The notes beneath the pieces were generated by a model. It was not told the origin of the DNA and did not search any database. It worked only from the letters and a program-made list of their open reading frames with translations. From a virus, in IMG/VR virus record IMGVR_UViG_3300045988_094674, positions 59,788 to 123,787 of that record: 64,000 nucleotides of DNA, one strand, 5' to 3'. Positions 47,703 to 56,067 of this stretch are shown piece by piece. Made by a program: the position numbers and the translations under genes. How positions within the stretch are numbered: the stretch's first letter is position 1; every line of letters starts with the position of its first letter.

Positions 47703-49331
47703 TCACTTACTATCTTCATTTCTCTGCTGGTCATAAATTTGTTTTTCAGTTTCCTCGCCCTTTGGACGACCTGTCTTTTTATCGCTGTCACCACCACCGC
47801 CGGTGTTACCGGTCGATGTATAAGAGGTCTGGCGAGCCACAAACACATCGTCATAACCTTCCTCGGTTTCAGCCTGACGCTTACGAAGTTCGTCTTCAGC
47901 ATGAAGTCCCATATACTCATAAGCAGTCTTGTAAGAACAGTTCAAAGTGGTGAACAGGAACTGAGCAATCGCCTTCTTCATCTCCATACCCATCATTTCA
48001 GTAGTAGAGACCTTCACATCAGGGCAGTACATCGGATCTACACCTGCATCTTCAAGGCGAATACGATACCATCGCTTTAATACATCTTCAATTTGTTCAG
48101 CAATCTTACCAATATTTTTCATCAACTGGTCAAGAGACACCTTTGCAGTTGAAACAGTCTGCTGACCGTCGGTATTTAAGAAACTGATCCCCAAAGCAGC
48201 CATCTCTCGGTTGCGATACTGTTTAACAGTCTCGATATTTGTCATCTCAACTTTTGGCTCAACATACTTGATATCCTTTACATAAGGAGCGGTCGTCACA
48301 AGCACGGTATTTTGTTTCCATGCACGCAGCAGGTTATCGTGCGCCGTCACTTGTTCAGAGAAGCCCTTTTTATCTTTGTTTGGTCCCATCAACTCAGGGT
48401 CAAGCTGTTGCCAGATGATTTTCTTTGCCTTTGCCTTAGCATTTACACGGTCTGAAGTATCAAAAGTTTCAAGCATCAATGCCGGACGTAATGCGCGGAA
48501 CAGGGGAGAGACACCATATTTCTGCCCCATGTTGCCAATACGAATCACACCACAATGGTCAACATCCAATTTTGCATATGTATCACCATTCTTAAATGCC
48601 TGATACACCTCATCTGGATAGTTGTTTTGAATCTCGGTCTCCTGATTTTCAAAGAATAGCGCTTTATTCTTCTTGTCCTTCAGCATAGATTTGCTCAAAG
48701 CGGATTTCAGCTTAGACATATTGATAAGCACAACAGGCTGTCCATTTGATAAGTAATCGCTTATCTCAGCAATACCAAGAGGGTAATAGTCTACAATATA
48801 GTTCTCATCCTTCTGACGCAGATATGTAATATAAGTGCCCTCTGCGTAAGTCATCGGAATGGCGGCACGTAGCAGACTTCGCACATTGATTTGTGCGTTG
48901 AAGTCATCAATCACTTCACGGGCGTAATTTACCTGTTTTGTCTTATTACGCTGTTCAGGGAACTGAGCGAAACTGCATTTGAACTCAGTATTAACATTCG
49001 CCTCAATCGCATCATAAGTAATGCCAATCAGGTCATCCTTGTTGATGTAATTACGGATGATTCCATTGACCGTCTGCACATTCGTCAGACTTGACTGTAG
49101 CCCTTGTGCAAGCTCATCAATTCGGTCAACGGTCAGTGTCTCAGAGGAGGCTGAAATTTTCAGATATGTACTATACTGCTTATTTTCAGGGTCATAAGAC
49201 GCAACTGCATTTCGGATGACGTTATTCATCCTCTCTTCTGAAAGTTCATTCAAAGAGGTAATAACTACAGTACCGTCATCTGTCTGTGAAGCAGTCACGA
49301 CATCAAAATCTTCCTTTTTCTTTCTTGCCAC
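47703..49331 (-). CDS. portal protein
   Basis: 542 aa with a GTG start after GGAGGTG. Lies immediately downstream of TerL. Size and position are typical of a portal. Acidic/basic C-terminal tail. Confidence 0.65.
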   Translation of the reverse strand: MARKKKEDFDVVTASQTDDGTVVITSLNELSEERMNNVIRNAVASYDPENKQYSTYLKISASSETLTVDRIDELAQGLQSSLTNVQTVNGIIRNYINKDDLIGITYDAIEANVNTEFKCSFAQFPEQRNKTKQVNYAREVIDDFNAQINVRSLLRAAIPMTYAEGTYITYLRQKDENYIVDYYPLGIAEISDYLSNGQPVVLINMSKLKSALSKSMLKDKKNKALFFENQETEIQNNYPDEVYQAFKNGDTYAKLDVDHCGVIRIGNMGQKYGVSPLFRALRPALMLETFDTSDRVNAKAKAKKIIWQQLDPELMGPNKDKKGFSEQVTAHDNLLRAWKQNTVLVTTAPYVKDIKYVEPKVEMTNIETVKQYRNREMAALGISFLNTDGQQTVSTAKVSLDQLMKNIGKIAEQIEDVLKRWYRIRLEDAGVDPMYCPDVKVSTTEMMGMEMKKAIAQFLFTTLNCSYKTAYEYMGLHAEDELRKRQAETEEGYDDVFVARQTSYTSTGNTGGGGDSDKKTGRPKGEETEKQIYDQQRNEDSK

Positions 49332-49348
49332 ATTTTCACCTCCTCTGC

Positions 49349-51199
49349 TTAGAAGTCAATGTTAGAAATACAAATCGGCGGAGCAGTCATTGTCTCCACC
49401 GCAGACTGGCGCACTTTATCCTTACGACGTAATTCGTATAGACGATGAGCAAGCAAAATTGCAACATAGAACCTATCATCGTGGATTTTGTTGGCAACGT
49501 CGGGTGCCAAAGCATATGTTACGGTCGTATTTTCAGAGTTTGTCGTTTTCTGAATACTTGTGATCTCGTTCTTCATCAAGTCGATGTTAACCCACGCAGT
49601 CTGTTCCTCTAAGGAAAGTTCATGCGTCTTCAAAATTTCTTGACCAGTTGATTTATCCACACCGTCTACTACCTGAACATAATCTCCGCCGTTGTATTCA
49701 AGAGGGAAATGAATGACACCAAGATTCATCAGCTCAATAAATTCCTCAACCATTGCAGTGCGGAATTTACGAGGACTAATTAGACGTAGCTTATCAACAG
49801 CATCTGGGTAACGGGTATCATATCCTTCATATAATTCATGATTTGCGTCGATAAAACCACGATGTTCTGCGCCTGTTTTATCAGTCCAATTGTTAAGTAA
49901 ACCGTCCGCATATGTGGAAGTACCACCGCCGCCAGCGCCTTGGTCAATCATCAATCTATCAATGTACTCGTAATCAGGATTTTGACCATTGTAATGTAGA
50001 ATCAACTCATGTAACTGCTCAAGCTGACGATTAGAATCGAGCTTGAATTTTTTCTCGTTCGCAAGATCAACCATGTTTACGCAATTTATAATGTCGCCAC
50101 ACATGCCGTTTTCTGGATCGTTATAAATACGCATAACGCCAACAATAGAGTTATCCATTGTGCGGGCAGGATCAAACGCAAGAATATACTGATAGTTCCT
50201 ATCCCAATAAAGCTGTGGGATATACTTTCGCTCATTGCGACGAACCGTACCCCATTTGATGATCTGGTTTACGCCACCATCACGGCTTGGTCGATTATAA
50301 TATTCACGCAACGCCTTCATTTTATTTGACTTTAGAGCTGCATCTACCTTGTCTTGTGTCAATAGCGCTTTGTATGGCTTACCCTTCATATAAACTTTGA
50401 TTGCAACGTCACAAATCATATCACAAACAAAATAATCTCGATCTCCTGCAATCATGCGCTTTGCAAATTGTTTGTAGTATTTATAAAAAAGCTTGTCCAT
50501 CGTGTCCTGACTTGAAGCATAAACTAGCTGAGTAGGAACCTGACGAGGCTGCATTTCAGGATTATAGTCACTGTCAGTGTCAGTGACGAAATCCGTATTC
50601 TGTGTTGCAAAAGCTTCACAGACAACAATCAGTTCGTCGGAGCAGAATGCCGCCTCATCAAAGAAAATAAGACTGGCTCGCTTGCCACGCACACCATCTG
50701 GGTTAGAGTTCAAAGTGTTAATAGAACTACCGTTATAAAACTCAACAACATACCCGGCAGGATTATGACTAAAACCACTTTTGTTGGTTGCAGACTTTTT
50801 CGTTTCTTTCTCTGCAATATCTTGCAGACTACGGATAGACGCAGCCGTCTTACCAACACGAGTAACAATTTCTTCGATCTTATTAAATGTCTCTTTTGCT
50901 TGATCACCAACATTACTTACAATATAAATAGACTGGTTCTCATATAATATTGCCTTTAGGATAATGAAAACAGAACCTACAAAAGACTTGCCAAAGTTTC
51001 GACTACACGCCTAAAGAACATGACTTGCATTCCAGCTTTGTTCCAGCATATATGCCTGAGCGTCAAATAGTTGGATACCCAATAAATCTCTGGCCGCAAT
51101 AACAGGATTGCGCCGATAGAATGCAATCGTTGCCGCATCACACTCATAAATCTTACGTTTTGCGGCTGTAATAATAGGCGCTCTTTGTTTCATCCTCAT
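49349..51199 (-). CDS. terL: terminase large subunit with one in-frame TAG
   Basis: Track ORFs 51011-51199 and 49349-50713 share a frame. After TAG at 51011-51013 the frame reads ACSRNFGKSF (Walker A), then LIFFDEAAF (Walker B) and a nuclease half. ATGA overlap with the upstream gene. Confidence 0.8.
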
Positions 51200-52314
51200 A
51201 CGGCATCACCATCCGTATCTTTTACACTTGCATCAACACCAGCATCTTCCAACAGCTCCTTGAGCCGCTGATTCTCAATCAAAGACAACCTGTATTTTTC
51301 TTTCGCGTCATCACTTTCTTTCTGAAACTTATCAATCAGTTCTCTTTGTATATCGAAAATTTCCTGCTGGTCATTTTCGTCAAAGAAAGCGTTTTCCTTG
51401 ATTGCCTTAGAGCTCATATCTGCCGCCCATTGAGTACCAGGAGACCGTAACTGATCGTAGAAGTTTGCTTCTGCGCCAGCAATATCCTTTTCACGCATAT
51501 CCTTCATTAAGAATGTAAGCGTATTACGTCCTGCATCCTTGTTGGAACGGTTCTTGACCGAAATCTCGTTTTCTTTGGCAATCTTATCGTTATTAGAAAC
51601 CAACTTAACTTTAATATCATTCAGGCTCTTAATTGCTTCTGCTGAGTTCATAGGATTCAAACGAGCAATCTGTAAGTCAATTTGACGTATCTGGTTATTG
51701 TTGTTCACAACCTGAACAATCTGTGACAACTTGAACGGGTCGTCCTCAATACCATCCTCAAAATACTTGATGAGCTCACTAAACAAATAGCGGCGATCAC
51801 TTTCGTTATAACCTTCAAACGGGTCGTATCCGATAACAGAAACACAGTCCTCTTTTGCTTGAATCTCAGATTTTGACCATTTCTGTTCTTTTTCCTCCTG
51901 CACATCAACAGCCGTTTTATTCAATTCCCCACCGGTAATAGTTGTGCAAAAATTCTGAAACTGAAACTGTTTTTGGTTTAGCTGCCTAAGATAAAGGCCA
52001 ACGGAAAAATTGTTGTTATGAGCAACAACAGAATCAAAAAGAGAATTATAGAATGGTGCATCCAAAAGATGACACATCAAAATACAGGCAGTGCGCTCGC
52101 TTCCGTATCTTGTCTTGAATTCATCAAAAAGACTATTCACGCACTTTTTACAAAGAGGTGCGTAGCAGTTATTTGCTTTATAAAGTAAGCTGTGAGGTAA
52201 ACGATAAAAAGTACCAACAGGGTCTTCATCTGAAGTACCACATCGCAAGCAACTATATGTCGGTTTGCTCGTGAGAACGACATCTTCCTCAACAACCTTC
52301 TTCTTTCTTGGCAA
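51196..52314 (-). CDS. small-terminase-position protein (hypothetical, zinc-ribbon N-terminus)
   Basis: TTG at 52314 lies 5 nt after GGAGGTG (MPRKKKVVEED...). CLRCG...CKKC. Assigned by position only. The upstream part of the track ORF is rejected. Confidence 0.35.
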   Translation of the reverse strand: MPRKKKVVEEDVVLTSKPTYSCLRCGTSDEDPVGTFYRLPHSLLYKANNCYAPLCKKCVNSLFDEFKTRYGSERTACILMCHLLDAPFYNSLFDSVVAHNNNFSVGLYLRQLNQKQFQFQNFCTTITGGELNKTAVDVQEEKEQKWSKSEIQAKEDCVSVIGYDPFEGYNESDRRYLFSELIKYFEDGIEDDPFKLSQIVQVVNNNNQIRQIDLQIARLNPMNSAEAIKSLNDIKVKLVSNNDKIAKENEISVKNRSNKDAGRNTLTFLMKDMREKDIAGAEANFYDQLRSPGTQWAADMSSKAIKENAFFDENDQQEIFDIQRELIDKFQKESDDAKEKYRLSLIENQRLKELLEDAGVDASVKDTDGDAV

Positions 52315-52330
52315 ACAAACACCTCCATTC

Positions 52331-52372
52331 AAAATCAAAATAAAAGCCGTAGAACGTGCGCACATCCTACGG
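52331..52372 (-). terminator. rho-independent terminator immediately upstream of the late-operon RBS
   Basis: On the minus strand, CCGTAG-GATGTGCGCACGTT-CTACGG followed by CTTTTATTTTGATTTTG. The GGAGGTG of the next gene follows directly. Confidence 0.6.
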
Positions 52373-52912
52373 CAAACAAATACACTCTCTAATGCGCGTG
52401 CAGAGCAGAGGCCAAGAGTGTTCAATTCTATAAAAGCCCACCATGATACGCATCGTTGAGAGGCTTAGTGGGGAAAATCAAATTAAGACCTATGACATCA
52501 GCTGCGCTCGTATCTTTGAGCCGCCTACCATCATAGGTCTGTTAAACATAAAAACGATGCGACTATGGTACGCTTTTTCAAAAGAGGCGCAATCGCATCT
52601 GTATCATCTATTTGAGCTTGCGCCCTGCCGACGAATCGGCCAAGTTTCAAAATATACCTGCCGCCAGAGGGAGTTTAACTAACGGCAGGCTTGCAAAAGG
52701 GGAGATACTGGGTGCGGGTAGTGGTGACGATCCACTCTATACTGGATTATGGGCCCAGCCAGCACACCGGCGCTGTCACCCGCGTTATATAGTCGGCTTG
52801 CTACACTATACATCGTGAACTGAAACCGATAACTCGAAACGTCACGTTATAATCGTTCTGTTTCTACAAAGACAATTCTTTATCTGCCATTACAATTTAA
52901 TTCAGTTGGCCT
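52373..52912 (-). ncRNA. unassigned structured non-coding region downstream of the tRNA array
   Basis: No credible ORF on either strand. Several long-range stems, for example AGACCTATGA/TCATAGGTCT, GATGCGA/TCGCATC and CCTGCCG/CGGCAGG. Bounded by tRNA(CUA) and a terminator. Confidence 0.3.
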
Positions 52913-52987
52913 TGGCACGCCCACTCCGAATCCAACAGAGATAAGTGAGTTTAGAGCTCACCGTCTTAGGCATTAAACGATAGGCGC
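52913..52987 (-). tRNA. suppressor tRNA, anticodon CUA (reads UAG)
   Basis: 75-nt cloverleaf: GCGCCTA-TC-GTTT-AATGCCTA-AGAC-G-GTGAG-CTCTAAA-CTCAC-TTAT-CTCTG-TTGGATT-CGGAG-TGGGCGT-G-CCA. Anticodon loop is C-U-CUA-A-A. Confidence 0.75.
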
Positions 52988-52992
52988 ATAAT

Positions 52993-53069
52993 TGGTGTAT
53001 CCGGCGAGATTTGAACTCTGCGATACCTCGATTAAAAGTCGAGTGCCTTACCAGCTTGGCTACGAATAC
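52993..53069 (-). tRNA. tRNA-Lys (UUU)
   Basis: Acceptor GTATTCG/CGGATAC. Anticodon stem CTCGA/TCGAG with loop CTTTTAA. The T stem needs one bulged A. CCA is encoded. Confidence 0.6.
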
Positions 53070-53136
53070 ACAATAAAACCTACCTTTTAGCCGGTGGTAG
53101 GGAACCGGTATAATATAGGCCCTCCGGGAGAAGGAC

Positions 53137-53228
53137 TGGCGCGGTCTCAGAGATTCGAACTCTGGCATCGGGTTTACCGACCTAACGGTTTTCAAGACCG
53201 TTCTCTTCAACCACTTGAGTAAGGCCGC
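53137..53228 (-). tRNA. tRNA-Ser (UGA)
   Basis: Class II tRNA. Anticodon stem ACGGT/ACCGT with loop CTTGAAA. Long variable arm. T arm CAGAG-TTCGAAT-CTCTG. CCA is encoded. One C.A mismatch in the acceptor stem. Confidence 0.75.
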
Positions 53229-53294
53229 ACAATAACCCTACTTTCCTGCACAGCTACCTTTATATAAAGGTGTAGGGAATAGCCGTACAATCTT

Positions 53295-53381
53295 TGGTGA
53301 GCCAGGTTGGAGTCGAACCAACGATGTTTCTAATGTCACGGAGTTACAGTCCGCTATCTTCGCCACTGGATATACTGACCC
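53295..53381 (-). tRNA. tRNA-Tyr (GUA)
   Basis: Acceptor GGGTCAG/CTGGCTC. Anticodon stem GCGGA/TCCGT with loop CTGTAAC. Long variable arm. T loop GGTTCGACTCC. CCA is encoded. Confidence 0.7.
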
Positions 53382-53613
53382 ATAATAAAACAAGCATCCA
53401 TCAATCCGTCCGAGCTAGTTGAATTGTCCTCGTGTTGATAAAACGCTTGTTTTAAACTTTAATGGTCCGCACTTACGGTGGCGGAACACCTGATGTTTTA
53501 AATCGCGCACTGACACGGCGCAATGCGATTGGCTTGGCATTTTGCTCCTCGAAGCTACTCTGCGTCTGACTTTACAGCTTATACACGGTTGCAACCAATG
53601 ACCGCTTTCGCCA

Positions 53614-53684
53614 TGCCACCTACAGGAATCGGACCCGTATGTGAAAATTACAAATTTCCCATTCTACCATTAAATTAAGGCGGC
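53614..53684 (-). tRNA. tRNA-Thr (UGU)
   Basis: Acceptor GCCGCCT/AGGTGGC. D arm ATTT-AATGGTA-GAAT. Anticodon stem GGAAA/TTTTC with loop TTTGTAA. T arm ACGGG-TCCGATT-CCTGT. No encoded CCA. Confidence 0.6.
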
Positions 53685-53811
53685 ACATAAAATAACCCGT
53701 AGACATCCGCCTACGGGCATAGAAAATGAGACAATAAATGATGTCCCAAAGCAGACCTTGCGGTCGTACTTCTTTTTTAATTACCCACTTATTGGTAGGG
53801 TATCACCGTTT

Positions 53812-54810
53812 TTAATTCAAACGCACAATATGCGTTTTACTCTCAATCAACTTTCCATCCTTGTCCTGATAGACAACAATAAAACCCTCTCGCTGCGGAG
53901 TGGTCAGTTTACCGTCTGCATACTCCATTTTTGAAGTATCGCAACAACAGCCCTGCTCGTATAGATTATACTTTCCGACAGAATAAGAGCCGACACGATG
54001 TACATGACTCATAACCAGCGAATCAAAATCAAGTCCAATATCCTGAAAATAGCGTAGCGCTTTTTCGCTTGTTTTCAAAATTCCAGATGAGAATGCCATA
54101 GGATGACACAGAACAGTGCTTCCTATCTGGCTATACCAACTGTCGTTGTAAATGATTTCAATATCTTCTACACTAAACACCTCAATCAAAGGATCATAAT
54201 GAACCTTTGTATGAAGTTCCTTGTTATAATGGTTAAATCCATCAATAAGAATAAGTTCAAGTGCAGTCTTCGGCATTAAGGCGAGAAGATCCTCGTCAAT
54301 GTTCTTGGCAAGATAATTCTGGAAACGAATATCATGATTGCCGTAATTGACCACAACCTTTTTAGGCCGTAGCATTTCAATCAGGTCAATCAAATACTGT
54401 CTTGCCAACAGAATTTCATCCATTGGACTTTGCCGATACACACGCGAAAAACGCGACAGGGCAGCGGCATCTACGCAATCTCCGTTTACCTGAAGAATAT
54501 CAATCTTGCCAGCGTACTCACTAAAAGTCTCAATAGGCTTCTGGAATGGAATATGTAGGTCGGAAATAGACAGAATGCAGGTTCCAACATCTCTATTAGA
54601 TAAGGACTCCTGATATTGCATACCCGCACGGAATGCCTTAAAACGCTTGCGATATGCGCACTCACCAAAATTCTTACCCAATTCATCATTGAGCACCTTG
54701 GATGCGCCATCCCAAGTCAATTCTCTAGCCAGAACAGCATTCCCGATTCTTACAAAGAAGTCATCGCTCGTTTCTTCTGGCCGTTTATTATAGCAACCCA
54801 TTGGCATCAA
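53812..54810 (-). CDS. calcineurin-like metallophosphoesterase
   Basis: Motifs ISDLHIP, VNGDCVD, NYGNHD and MSHVH in the canonical order. Confidence 0.7.
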   Translation of the reverse strand: MMPMGCYNKRPEETSDDFFVRIGNAVLARELTWDGASKVLNDELGKNFGECAYRKRFKAFRAGMQYQESLSNRDVGTCILSISDLHIPFQKPIETFSEYAGKIDILQVNGDCVDAAALSRFSRVYRQSPMDEILLARQYLIDLIEMLRPKKVVVNYGNHDIRFQNYLAKNIDEDLLALMPKTALELILIDGFNHYNKELHTKVHYDPLIEVFSVEDIEIIYNDSWYSQIGSTVLCHPMAFSSGILKTSEKALRYFQDIGLDFDSLVMSHVHRVGSYSVGKYNLYEQGCCCDTSKMEYADGKLTTPQREGFIVVYQDKDGKLIESKTHIVRLN

Positions 54811-55010
54811 GCCGGGTCGCCCAGCAGCTCATCAGAAGTAGAAATATTGATGGTGACGCCCTCAATACCATCCCACTTTGCCAGAGCTTCCTTCAGATTG
54901 AAGACGTTCTCGCCGTCCTTGGTGATCTCGGTGATAGTGCCCTCGGCAGTATCAATAATAGCGTTCTTAAAAACAACACTCTTCTTAGCAACCATAATTT
55001 TATTCTCCAT
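54807..55010 (-). CDS. hypothetical protein
   Basis: Track ORF of 67 aa. ATGA-type overlap with the downstream gene. Confidence 0.4.
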   Translation of the reverse strand: MENKIMVAKKSVVFKNAIIDTAEGTITEITKDGENVFNLKEALAKWDGIEGVTINISTSDELLGDPA

Positions 55011-55044
55011 TATATTTTATTTCAAAATTGAAGTATTTTAGCAT

Positions 55045-56061
55045 TCAAATAAGGCCATATTTGCCATAATAGTTTTCCATATTGATTTCTGGGAACTTCA
55101 CATCAAGCAAACTTGCCCATTGGCTGATCCAACTATGATGTATACCTTCAAATTTTTTGATGGCGTCTTCAACCGTCTTTACCTTGCGCAGATCAATTTC
55201 AATATAGCGTCCATGAGAACAGGCGTAATCTTCCTTTATCTCATCACGTACCCAGAGTTCTTTAAATTGACTTTCATCCCGATGAAAATATGGAGTGTAT
55301 TTATAATGCTGCCCACCCATAACTTCGCAAAAAATCTTTTCAGACGGAATGTAAATATCATATGGCATCCATCGACCAGTCTTTGGATTCTTGACCACTC
55401 TGTATTCCGTAATTGTATCAGGATACTTCTTTTTGCAGTATTCTTTCAAACCAGTAGCAACTCGACTATCACTTTTGTGAATTGCACATTCTGGACACCC
55501 TTTTCCAGCTCGAAAATTACTCCAGTCGATTTGTTGTTCACCATGTTTAGGGCATAAATAATGCAGTTTCGTTGAAGCGTTGTGGTAATCCTCTTTTTTT
55601 GATAAAAGAGTATATCCGCGTTTTGCAAAAGCATCCGATATCACATTGAAATCTTTGCAACGCCGTTTCGCAACGTCTTCATCTGCACATTTTCTACAAC
55701 CGGCACCATGCGAAAAATTATTCCAACCAATAGTCATTTCTCCATGTTTTGGACAAATAAAATGAATCTTTTTTGTTGACGATGGTTCTTTCGTTAACAG
55801 CGTATAACCACGATCTTCAAATAAAGTTTTGACGTTTTCATATTTTAATTTGTTTTTACGAGATGCTATCCGATCTCCTCTTGCACAAATATCGCAACCT
55901 TTCTCGACAAGGATATTTTCTGCAAGAGCGTAATATTCTCTACCACAACGATTACATCGCACAAGGATTTTATCTTTTGTACGTGAAAAAGTACCTACAA
56001 CAGTAACTTTCTTGTTCTTTTCTTTTGCTTTTTCTTGAAATTCTTCGTTTGATAAAGACAT
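55045..56061 (-). CDS. free-standing homing endonuclease candidate (paralogue of the capsid-intron HEG) fused to a duplicated phoH 3' end
   Basis: Zinc ribbons (RCNRCGREY...GCDICA, ICPKHG...GCRKCA, LCPKHG...GCPECA). Nuclease block YDIYIPSEKIFCEVMGGQHY. The C-terminal WISQWASL... repeats the PhoH end. Confidence 0.6.
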   Translation of the reverse strand: MSLSNEEFQEKAKEKNKKVTVVGTFSRTKDKILVRCNRCGREYYALAENILVEKGCDICARGDRIASRKNKLKYENVKTLFEDRGYTLLTKEPSSTKKIHFICPKHGEMTIGWNNFSHGAGCRKCADEDVAKRRCKDFNVISDAFAKRGYTLLSKKEDYHNASTKLHYLCPKHGEQQIDWSNFRAGKGCPECAIHKSDSRVATGLKEYCKKKYPDTITEYRVVKNPKTGRWMPYDIYIPSEKIFCEVMGGQHYKYTPYFHRDESQFKELWVRDEIKEDYACSHGRYIEIDLRKVKTVEDAIKKFEGIHHSWISQWASLLDVKFPEINMENYYGKYGLI

Positions 56062-56067
56062 TTTTTC

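Noticed and set aside
51196-52425. The upstream 37 codons of the terS-position ORF.
   Set aside because: They overlap a strong terminator hairpin and have no SD. GGAGGTG lies 5 nt before the TTG at 52314.
52373-52912. A third group I intron, suggested by R-like CCGACTATA and S-like CCATAGTCGC strings on the minus strand.
   Set aside because: There are no P/Q partners in the right order, the R-S spacing is too long, and the region is not inside any interrupted gene.
52902-53210. A 102-aa minus-strand ORF in the track.
   Set aside because: It runs straight through three tRNA genes (Sup, Lys, Ser), so it is a spurious translation of structured RNA.
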